Positions 56,406 through 64,000 of a DNA stretch of 64,000 nt are shown one piece after another. The notes beneath the pieces are model-generated. The model did no database searches, was not told the origin of the DNA, and saw nothing but the letters and a program-made list of their open reading frames with translations. Numbering within the stretch: the stretch's first letter is position 1; each line of letters opens with the position of its first letter. The stretch lies in the sequence record NC_061450.1; one strand, given 5' to 3'. Made by a program: the position numbers and the translations under genes.

Positions 56406-57002
56406 TTAGTAGAGAATTACTGTGCCTGATTCAGGCTCAGCAAAGGTGATCGTCAACTGGTTAACACTGTCATGCACGATTGAGTTCGGCTGCACTTCAT
56501 TGCTGCCTTGATATACGCGAACAGCCGGACGATAGCCCAGGTTATGCACCACAACCCACTGAGCAGAGTTGGTGTAGTTCGCGGTGAACGCAACGCTTGG
56601 TGCAGGCAGACCAGATTCGACACCTGCAAGGAATACGGCGGTACCAGCAACAGGCTCAGAGAACAGGATAACCATGTTATTCTCATCTACCAGACTGATC
56701 TCGCTTGGCTGAATAACGCCACCAGCTTCATCGTAACACTGCACGATAGGAGTGGACACGTTAAGACCGTGCTTAACTTCCCAGCGGCTGGATGCCGATG
56801 CTTGCTTGAAGCGGTACATGTTAAGCTGTTGAGTTAGCGGTACCCAGATAGGTAGTTCTTCAATCGAGACACACAGCAGCAGGCGTTTGTCTTTGAAGAT
56901 GGCCATACCGGGCTTGGGATTTAAGGGGAAATCTTCCTGGACGGTGAATCGGAAGTTTTTAATTCCACCTTGTGCAAAGTCTAACATAGACCAAACTTTC
57001 AT
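56406..57002 (-). CDS. structural protein with two HNLG-type modules
   Basis: ATG 57002 with GAGGA RBS; two ~60-aa repeats. Confidence 0.65.
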   Translation of the reverse strand: MKVWSMLDFAQGGIKNFRFTVQEDFPLNPKPGMAIFKDKRLLLCVSIEELPIWVPLTQQLNMYRFKQASASSRWEVKHGLNVSTPIVQCYDEAGGVIQPSEISLVDENNMVILFSEPVAGTAVFLAGVESGLPAPSVAFTANYTNSAQWVVVHNLGYRPAVRVYQGSNEVQPNSIVHDSVNQLTITFAEPESGTVILY

Positions 57003-57069
57003 AAATTCCTCACACGAAGGTAAAAAGGGTGAGCTGAGGCCCACCCTTAGGTTGTATCACACAGCGCGG

Positions 57070-58653
57070 TTACGCAGCAACTACAGGCAGAGTAACAAAC
57101 GCGATAGCCAGCTTTTTAGCTTCGGTGATTTCGACGCGCAGGGTGTTTGCATCAACGAAAATGACTTCATCAGGGATGATCTGATAGCCAGTTTCATCGG
57201 TAACTGTGACAACGCCCAGCTTGGTGCCTGCGTTGTGGGTAAACGTGTGAACAGCAGCAGCAGTATCTTCCGCAGCAGTTTTGTTGTACACGTACAGTTT
57301 AGCAGCACCAGCAGCGCCACCAGCAGTGATAGCATCATCAACATATTTCTTGCTGACAACACTTGCGTCGGTCAGGGCAGCAGTACCGGTCAGGGTCAGT
57401 GCTTTAACACTGCCGCCTTCTTCGTCAATGAAGCCCAGAGTTTTCAATGCAGCTTCATCGATAACGATGGTCTTGGCTGTGGTGTCCTGTTTCAGACCTG
57501 TGCCGAATGCAGCAGCAGCAAGCTGAGCATAACCCACGCCACCGTCAGCAACTTTCAGACCATCAGCACCGCTAGCCAGAGAATTACCATCGCGTTTAAC
57601 TGCCAGCTCGTTGGTACCGTTAACAAACACACCACCAGCAGCAGCAACGTTAATACCAACGTTGTTACCAACGATAGTCAGAGCACGGTCAACCTGCACA
57701 TTGAGTGCGTTGCCATCGAGTTCCAGACCATCACCCGGAGCGATGCTGGACATACCGCCAAACACAGCCCACGCAGTACCGTCGAAACGAACATACTGAG
57801 TAGTAGCATGGTTCCATGCGATAGCACCATCAGCACGGGCAGCAGTCGGGTCAAACACAACGTGGTATTCGCCATCCGCGTCTGCTTCAACGATTGCGTT
57901 GTTCTGAACATCAGCAATGGTACCAAAGTCAGCGTGCAGCGCAGCAGCATTGGTGATTACATAACGGCTGCCTTCTGCTTTGGTTGGCTGCAGGGTAGCA
58001 TCAGTCTGAATGCCGTTGATATCTTCCTGCCAGTTCATACCACTCAGGGCGTTATCGATATCAATCTTACGAGCGGCATCGTTGTTGTTTGTAGGAGCCG
58101 CCAGGTTAGAGATTTTGTTACCGTTGGCATCCAGCGCAGAACTCAACTGAGCATTGTCTTTCGACAGTTTGCTGTCTAACTGAGTCTGAATCAGGGAGGT
58201 AACGCCATCCAGATAACCCAGCTCTGCGCCAGTAATGTTGCTGGTCACCAGAGTGTTGTTCGGACCTGCGATAACAACATCGTTTTCAGTCAGACCGGTG
58301 AACTTGTCTTGCTTGCCGCCAACCGCTGTAGCGACAACTGTTGCAACGTGCTTTTTAGACACGGCAGCTTTGTCATCAGAACCGGACTGGTCATCAGAAG
58401 ACAGTTCAAGGTCATCGGTCATGGCTACGGTACCGTCAGCCAGCACAATGCCTTGAGGCAGTTCAGCGTCGCCACCCAGCTTTTCGATAGTGGTACCGTT
58501 GAAGTATTTATACTTGCCTTCGGTAGAGTTAAACCAGATAACGGCCGTCTGACCAGCTACCAGACTTGCAACATCTGGATCGGCAGTCAATACTTCGGGA
58601 CGGAAGTTTTTAATCTGTGCGCCGATTAAAAGCTGTTGATTACCAGTACGCAT
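57070..58653 (-). CDS. fibre-like virion protein
   Basis: ANGNKISNLAAPT..DAA.K stalk motif, GDGL repeats, C-terminal HNAG module. Confidence 0.65.
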   Translation of the reverse strand: MRTGNQQLLIGAQIKNFRPEVLTADPDVASLVAGQTAVIWFNSTEGKYKYFNGTTIEKLGGDAELPQGIVLADGTVAMTDDLELSSDDQSGSDDKAAVSKKHVATVVATAVGGKQDKFTGLTENDVVIAGPNNTLVTSNITGAELGYLDGVTSLIQTQLDSKLSKDNAQLSSALDANGNKISNLAAPTNNNDAARKIDIDNALSGMNWQEDINGIQTDATLQPTKAEGSRYVITNAAALHADFGTIADVQNNAIVEADADGEYHVVFDPTAARADGAIAWNHATTQYVRFDGTAWAVFGGMSSIAPGDGLELDGNALNVQVDRALTIVGNNVGINVAAAGGVFVNGTNELAVKRDGNSLASGADGLKVADGGVGYAQLAAAAFGTGLKQDTTAKTIVIDEAALKTLGFIDEEGGSVKALTLTGTAALTDASVVSKKYVDDAITAGGAAGAAKLYVYNKTAAEDTAAAVHTFTHNAGTKLGVVTVTDETGYQIIPDEVIFVDANTLRVEITEAKKLAIAFVTLPVVAA

Positions 58654-58670
58654 CTTATATCTCCTGAGTG

Positions 58671-59420
58671 TTAAAAGTACCGTATGTCACACTGACTGAG
58701 ACTAGCACGTAGATCTCGGTAAGCGCTGATTCGGCTCTCTGTACCGTTAATGAACTTGTCATCAATGGTTAATTTTGCACGAAGATGAACATCTTCACCG
58801 TAAGGCTCTAGCAGGCGATGCTGGCCATATACGGAGAGACGCAAGGTAGGCATGGACTTACCACACACTTCCATTGCTGCCAGATCGATTTTATCGGCGT
58901 AGATAAAAGGACTACTACGCCTAACGATCAGATAATCAACTTCATGCAGATTGAACAGTGTGGAGTTCATATAGCCTATGGTAAAATCCACAATGTTTTG
59001 AAACGATTCAAACATGTCATCGCTGAGCTGGTGGTTTAGCAACATGCTCATGCTAGGCATTGTTTGTTCGCGCATATCAATCCATGTCGAACTAAACTCA
59101 GGGCTGAAATCCTCCGGGTTGTTCAACAATATTTCATGAACCGTACGCTCCATTGCTGCAAAGGTTTCGATCACCTGTTCGATCTCAGCTCTGGTACTAA
59201 CGCCATGACCCGCACGAATATACACCCTTTCGATCAGCATCAACCAATCAGTGGCTGACGACAGATACTGCAACAAGGTCTCACGCGCCTGAGGCGTAAA
59301 CTCATGTTTGTTGGAATCCAAAATCTCACCAAGCATGAACGCTTTAGCCTTGTACATATCGGCAAAGCGTTCAGCGGTGAAACGTCTGAACCCGATGTTA
59401 TTCTTCAGGTAACCCTTCAT
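58671..59420 (-). CDS. hypothetical protein
   Basis: 249 aa, overlaps previous gene stop. Confidence 0.55.
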   Translation of the reverse strand: MKGYLKNNIGFRRFTAERFADMYKAKAFMLGEILDSNKHEFTPQARETLLQYLSSATDWLMLIERVYIRAGHGVSTRAEIEQVIETFAAMERTVHEILLNNPEDFSPEFSSTWIDMREQTMPSMSMLLNHQLSDDMFESFQNIVDFTIGYMNSTLFNLHEVDYLIVRRSSPFIYADKIDLAAMEVCGKSMPTLRLSVYGQHRLLEPYGEDVHLRAKLTIDDKFINGTESRISAYRDLRASLSQCDIRYF

Positions 59421-59905
59421 TGCAACTCCCTCAAGTCGCCAAGGGCACCACCGGTGGTGCCTGTTGTTTGATACAGTGCGCTAGAAATACTCTGGACACG
59501 CTGACGCAACACAGTAACTTCCATACGCAGTTCGTGCAGGTTGCGCAGAATCTCGTTCTGTACTTCGTTGCCGTCGCGAGTATCTTTCGACATTGTAGAT
59601 AATTGCCGTTCAAACCGCTGCATCGCTTTATAGATACTGTCAATGCCTTCTTTAAAATCCAGGTTATCAACAGGACCAGATTCAGCCAAGAGTGTAACGG
59701 CTTCCTGTATTGATTTGAGGCTGTCAACAACCCCAGTTGATTCAAACGCGCCTTCCTTTTCTTTTGTTTCTAGTTCCTTGAGCCGGTCTAAGCGAGGAAG
59801 AACATAGAAATAGAAAAAGGCGGAGCCAGCCGTCAGCGCCGCCACAGAAAGAAAGGTAGGAAAGTTAGAACCAAGCAATAGACCTAAAACATCTGACCAC
59901 GACAT
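59417..59905 (-). CDS. single-TM coiled-coil membrane protein
   Basis: N-terminal hydrophobic helix then long coiled coil. Confidence 0.6.
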   Translation of the reverse strand: MSWSDVLGLLLGSNFPTFLSVAALTAGSAFFYFYVLPRLDRLKELETKEKEGAFESTGVVDSLKSIQEAVTLLAESGPVDNLDFKEGIDSIYKAMQRFERQLSTMSKDTRDGNEVQNEILRNLHELRMEVTVLRQRVQSISSALYQTTGTTGGALGDLRELQ

Positions 59906-59910
59906 CTTTA

Positions 59911-60198
59911 TTATCCTTTGCAGGAGTTATCGTTAAGGTTGATCACCAACCGATGCGCACCTGGCTCATTCACATCAGTTGTCTGATAGATGTGTGCAAT
60001 CTTAGGCTTGAATTCCGAACATGACTGCCCGTATGTACCCGAGTTGGTGCAAATAGCACTTATACACTGCACGTCTTCGCTATCGACTTGGTTAACGGGC
60101 TTCCGGTCGTCGCGGACGGAGGTAAATATAAAAGTCACAAGGACAAATGCAACAAACAACGCGATGGTAATACGGAGTGTTTTGGTGTTAATGACCAC
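59911..60198 (-). CDS. small signal-anchored periplasmic protein with four Cys
   Basis: GTG 60198 with GGAGG RBS; TM then CISAIC, SCSEF, SCKG. Confidence 0.55.
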   Translation of the reverse strand: MVINTKTLRITIALFVAFVLVTFIFTSVRDDRKPVNQVDSEDVQCISAICTNSGTYGQSCSEFKPKIAHIYQTTDVNEPGAHRLVINLNDNSCKG

Positions 60199-60256
60199 GT
60201 TTACCTCCAGCTCCAAATTTTCAATAGAAATTAGTGAAAACCAGAGCCAGAGGGTT

Positions 60257-61246
60257 TTATTGTCGGATAACTCCAGCAATGTCGTCGAACATGTTTTTGT
60301 AAACTAGGCTACCGCCCAATTCCTGCAACCGTTTAGGGTCTACAAAAATCTGTGGGATAACTTGGTCTATTACAACGCTGCCACTATAGATCTTAACTCC
60401 TGTGATACGAGGTATGAGAACCACGCTGAGGTTTTTATTACCTCTTACCAGAGTTATATCAATGTGACGTTTGTTGGAGTCTAGTATCATCTGGTTGATT
60501 CGGTCTTGGTCCAAGAACTGATTGAACTCTGAATCAAAAATGGTGCCCATGTAGCTTATCAGGAAACCCTTGGGCTTAGACTGGAGTCCTAGCAAGATGC
60601 GCTTGAGGTCACTAAGACTTCCCACACGGTCAAACTCAACCTCATGGTTCCTATCACGCAAACACTGCACCAGTGTACGGGCTGCCTCTGCGTGAAAGGA
60701 GTTCTCATCGCGCACAACATAGATTGGACTGTCCAACATATAGCTGCGTTGCATGATGCGTTCAATGATAGCGCAGGTGGGATTGTTATCCACAGTCTCA
60801 GCCTTGTACAGCATAACAAAACGTTTGCCGTACTCCGCCTTAACTTTATCTCCCATATACTTGAGGTAGTCATCGTCCATGCTGACAATGTATCGTGGCT
60901 GCATCGCCATGATAACACGCTCAACGCTGGCTATTGCTGTTTTGTATTCCGTATCACTCAAGATTCTGTTGATTGGAACGTACTGCACAGCAATTGCGGG
61001 ATTAGGTAAACTATCCACCAGCCCTCGTATAACACTGCTACCCAAATAGGGCCCAGCATTATACTGAGCAACAACAAGTATGGTATCTTGCGGTGCTGTG
61101 AATACGCCAGGAACCCTTGTTAAGTTGTCTTCTGCTCTTGCATTGGAATGTAGCAGAGCTGCGCAACACCAGAGACAGGCTCCAAGAACGTGAGCAATAC
61201 CACGTTGTTTGGATCGTCTTCTGACGGGTTGATTGTTTCTGGCCAT
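60257..61246 (-). CDS. type I periplasmic-binding-protein-like (ABC substrate-binding/sensor) protein
   Basis: Signal peptide ending ARA-ED; ILVVAQYN..GLVDSL, QPRYIVSMDD, C-terminal FVDPKRLQELG. Confidence 0.55.
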   Translation of the reverse strand: MARNNQPVRRRSKQRGIAHVLGACLWCCAALLHSNARAEDNLTRVPGVFTAPQDTILVVAQYNAGPYLGSSVIRGLVDSLPNPAIAVQYVPINRILSDTEYKTAIASVERVIMAMQPRYIVSMDDDYLKYMGDKVKAEYGKRFVMLYKAETVDNNPTCAIIERIMQRSYMLDSPIYVVRDENSFHAEAARTLVQCLRDRNHEVEFDRVGSLSDLKRILLGLQSKPKGFLISYMGTIFDSEFNQFLDQDRINQMILDSNKRHIDITLVRGNKNLSVVLIPRITGVKIYSGSVVIDQVIPQIFVDPKRLQELGGSLVYKNMFDDIAGVIRQ

Positions 61247-61938
61247 ATGATTTCGCCTTCCTCAGACAATACGAATGCAAAGCCAGAACCCTGTCCTAGT
61301 TCGTGACGCAGAGACCAAACACTGTCCAGGTCAGTCTGTAGGAATGTCTTGCCTACAATTGTAGATTTAGCCATCTCCAGTGCATCGATACGACTGCCCA
61401 TCAAGTTCTGGGCGGTCTTTAACACACGGATATCGCTGGTATTAATGTTCACGCGCTGGTTAAGGTTGTTGAACATGGTAAAGAACGAGTTGTTCATTGC
61501 CGTACGCACGCTGTCTGTGTACGACTTTGGTACGATCTCGTTTGCATCAAACACGGTAACGCCGTCACGAATCAACAACTTGCCCAACAGCTTGCCACCT
61601 TTACCGCTGACGATAACAGGCTGAGGCAGATCTTCGTCCGCATAAGCCTGTGGAGTATTCATCATATCGTCAAAGTCTGTGACTTCGGTCCAGGTAAACG
61701 TGTAAGGGCTGGTGGCTGTTTTGGACTTGCGACGCAGCATCTTTTTGTAACTGGCATTAGCTGGATCGCTGATAACCCACAGACCATTCAGTGGAAAGAT
61801 TCGGTCTGTTGGTTCTGCATAGCTCATGATCACAAACAGCCCACTCTTGGGCTGCATCATAACACTGTTGGAGCTTGACAGCCCTTGTGCAATCGACATG
61901 TTGATCAAAAGATCAACGTAGTCTGTGAGCTTACTCAT
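61120..61938 (-). CDS. putative baseplate/tail-associated protein with C-terminal HxLG module
   Basis: RBS GAGGT; central coiled coil; FLQT..SVWSLRHELG...TFLEPVSGVA. Confidence 0.6.
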   Translation of the reverse strand: MSKLTDYVDLLINMSIAQGLSSSNSVMMQPKSGLFVIMSYAEPTDRIFPLNGLWVISDPANASYKKMLRRKSKTATSPYTFTWTEVTDFDDMMNTPQAYADEDLPQPVIVSGKGGKLLGKLLIRDGVTVFDANEIVPKSYTDSVRTAMNNSFFTMFNNLNQRVNINTSDIRVLKTAQNLMGSRIDALEMAKSTIVGKTFLQTDLDSVWSLRHELGQGSGFAFVLSEEGEIIWPETINPSEDDPNNVVLLTFLEPVSGVAQLCYIPMQEQKTT

Positions 61939-62404
61939 CTTCTACCTCTCCTGTATTTAAAAGTTTGTCGCTGTGTCTAGCAAATGCGCCTGCGATAAGT
62001 TCCGAGGCTTTCTTATCAATTTCGACAACAACCATCTTCCCAGAGAGGTCACTACACATAATGCGCTGAGGACAATGCTGAGCTAAGGCTAGTGCTGCAA
62101 GCAACACACGGCCCCACACTCCTCCGAGAGTTACCTGAATGTTTAACTCAGGAACTGCAATCAGTTCTTGCATGGCAGTAAGATACTGCTCGGTGTCCTT
62201 AATGCCAATGTCTTGCTCAGGTGCCTGTTTGTACGTTGCCTTGAGTTCGATAGATTTAGTTTCTAAAACGTACTCAAAGGCATTCGGGTCGGCTGCAATA
62301 CGGCCCCACAGATCATCAGAAACTTCGATGCAGTCGGGACCATTGTGGTCCCTGCTGCGTCCGATGATTTGCCCCGTCTTTTCATTCACGCGGACAATTG
62401 CCAT
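61931..62404 (-). CDS. possible fibre assembly chaperone
   Basis: Directly downstream of collagen fibre gene; Tfa-like N-terminus by eye. Confidence 0.4.
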   Translation of the reverse strand: MAIVRVNEKTGQIIGRSRDHNGPDCIEVSDDLWGRIAADPNAFEYVLETKSIELKATYKQAPEQDIGIKDTEQYLTAMQELIAVPELNIQVTLGGVWGRVLLAALALAQHCPQRIMCSDLSGKMVVVEIDKKASELIAGAFARHSDKLLNTGEVEDE

Positions 62405-63259
62405 TTAATCCCCCGTTGCCTGGTAAAAGAAGTCCCAATCCGCAACGTTCTGTCCAGTGGATTTAAGGATGAATCCACCAAGCAGGAAGTTCTCGTTGGA
62501 TGCGCTGGTACCATCCAGATTGTAGATGGCATACGTCTTGGCTTGATTTACAGAAGCATTCAAGAACGTGATGTTTAAACTGGCGCAACGGTTGATAAAT
62601 GGTGTGTTGAAGATTACGTGAACAGTGTCTTGGTTGCGTGAGAAAATCTGACGACCCATGTTCTGAGTAAAGCCGGTATTCAGATCGCGGTTAGAGGCAA
62701 TGTATGCGTTTGGAATAGGCTGACCTGTAAGTGGGTCAAGCACCTGTGCTGCTGCATAATCGTCAATCGCGCTGTCACGTCCTGGGTTACCCGTAGGTCC
62801 GGTAGGGCCCGTAGGTCCAACAGGGCCTGTGTCACCAGTAGCACCGATAGGACCCGTGTCACCAGTAGGTCCAATACGCCCCCGCTCACCTTTAACACCA
62901 GGACAACCAGGAGCACCGTCGCGTCCATCACGACCATCAGCGCCTGGAGTACCCGGAATACCTTGCTTGCCCTGTGTACCTTCACGACCGCTTTTAAGCT
63001 GATCTGCTGTAGGCAGTCCTGAAACAGTGGCTTGAGTACCGTCTGGAAACACGATGGTAAACAGACCACTTTGAGTATCAAACTGAGCGGTACCCGCACG
63101 TTGAATCTTTTCAAGCTCGCTGGGCGGCGCAAAGGCTACTACTTTATCCGTTGTCTTCATCAGTACGTTACCGACGGGGCTGTTGCCACCGTCGAGCATA
63201 CTGGACTTAACTCTTGCTAAACTCATTTCAAAGTCCTCTAGCCAGTAAGCGACGTCCAT
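62405..63259 (-). CDS. collagen-like (Gly-X-Y) fibre protein
   Basis: 24 uninterrupted GXY triplets and C-terminal beta domain ending FYQATGD. Confidence 0.8.
   Translation of the reverse strand: MDVAYWLEDFEMSLARVKSSMLDGGNSPVGNVLMKTTDKVVAFAPPSELEKIQRAGTAQFDTQSGLFTIVFPDGTQATVSGLPTADQLKSGREGTQGKQGIPGTPGADGRDGRDGAPGCPGVKGERGRIGPTGDTGPIGATGDTGPVGPTGPTGPTGNPGRDSAIDDYAAAQVLDPLTGQPIPNAYIASNRDLNTGFTQNMGRQIFSRNQDTVHVIFNTPFINRCASLNITFLNASVNQAKTYAIYNLDGTSASNENFLLGGFILKSTGQNVADWDFFYQATGD
62774..62989 (-). repeat. Gly-X-Y collagen repeat (24 triplets)
   Basis: GRE GTQ GKQ ... GNP GRD counted directly. Confidence 0.9.
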
Positions 63260-63444
63260 TCAGGCTGACCGTTAGAGCCGTTGTACTCTGGGTTTTTGAC
63301 CATCGTGTTATTGATTGTCATACGTGCCCATCGCACACTGCCGTCCGCAGCCTGGTATCGAACTTTTGTTCCACCTGTAGCTAAATTAGCTACCCACTTG
63401 TCTGTACTCGGATCTTTGAAAGCTAATCTTGCATAAGCAGGCAT
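63238..63444 (-). CDS. small virion-associated protein
   Basis: RBS AAGGAG; 68 aa. Confidence 0.6.
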   Translation of the reverse strand: MPAYARLAFKDPSTDKWVANLATGGTKVRYQAADGSVRWARMTINNTMVKNPEYNGSNGQPEWTSLTG

Positions 63445-63453
63445 GATTGCTCC

Positions 63454-63999
63454 TTAACTGATTTCACTTGGCTCAAAGCACATGATTGGACGACGATATA
63501 CCTGATACACACCAACAGGAGCAGACTGACTGCCAAGATATTCTTTGGCGTTTGTACTCAGTGATTTCTCTGCTGTGAGTAACTTGGTACGGTCATGCGA
63601 CCACTGGCAACGTCCACAGGATTCTGCTTCGATTGATGCATCGCTGTCCCAGCCCGCAGTCTCAAACGTTTTGTGCCAGCCGTTGAAGTGGTGCGTAGAG
63701 AAGCCGCCGTTACCCGTCGAGCACAATACCATGTACTGATAGTCATTCTCCAACGTGATACCGTAGTTACTGCCTTTAGGCAATGCTGTACCTTGGTCGT
63801 TGTAGATAAGCTGCCAGCCTGTACGGTCACTCGGTCCAATAGACATATACAGAGGACGGCGGATGATCATCATGATACCGTTCTCTGCACCGTTGTTGCT
63901 TGTCTTGGTGCATCGTGCGTTGGCCGCAAGACTGCGACTTACTTCAAACAGGGTTGAGTTTGAGAAGTCTGTGTTATACAGGTTGGAGCTCCACTTAGG
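63454..63999 (-). CDS. putative virion protein (5' end outside window)
   Basis: Frame of track ORF 63454-63873 stays open to the window edge (PKWSSNLYNTDF...ENGIMMIIRR). Confidence 0.6.
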   Translation of the reverse strand, partial: PKWSSNLYNTDFSNSTLFEVSRSLAANARCTKTSNNGAENGIMMIIRRPLYMSIGPSDRTGWQLIYNDQGTALPKGSNYGITLENDYQYMVLCSTGNGGFSTHHFNGWHKTFETAGWDSDASIEAESCGRCQWSHDRTKLLTAEKSLSTNAKEYLGSQSAPVGVYQVYRRPIMCFEPSEIS

Positions 64000-64000
64000 C

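Noticed and set aside
56887-58179. 430-aa + strand ORF
   Set aside because: Antisense shadow of the Ala/Gly-rich fibre gene 57070-58653; Ser/His-rich translation with no motifs
1-64000. tRNA, rRNA, CRISPR array, group I intron or recoded stop codons
   Set aside because: No cloverleaf or regular repeat-spacer pattern seen by eye; intergenic gaps are short; long genes read through under the standard code; tRNAscan was not run

Overview
A 64-kb fragment of a large (probably jumbo) tailed phage genome. The host is likely a Gammaproteobacterium, inferred from the enterobacterial-type YgiB and CmoA homologues. It is gene-dense, uses the standard genetic code, and shows no tRNA, rRNA or CRISPR array by eye. 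Positions 1-44359 are one + strand block. It holds a DnaB helicase, an intein-containing large terminase, a probable portal, a 5'-3' exonuclease, a macrodomain, Dam, dCMP deaminase, ThyA, MazG-like, ParB-like, ASCH, DUF4326, YgiB-like and kinase-like genes, plus many small hypothetical genes. Positions 44402-64000 are a - strand block: spanin/holin-like genes, an array of paralogous virion proteins with inserted lectin-like domains, fibre proteins, a periplasmic-binding-protein-like gene and a collagen-repeat protein. The headline is a split carboxy-SAM-dependent DNA cytosine hypermodification system. Locus 1 is cmoA (carboxy-SAM synthase), a glutaminase-less Asn-synthetase-type amide ligase, and a coupled gene resembling a catalytically dead prephenate dehydrogenase (12043-14386). 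Locus 2, about 15 kb away, is a ParB-like gene plus a C5-methyltransferase whose motif X reads GRV instead of GNS, the carboxymethyltransferase-type change, and whose catalytic Cys is released only after intein splicing (29350-32157). Both loci sit behind the same repeated CTGTAAAT promoter-like motif. All family assignments are motif recognition by eye; no database search was run.
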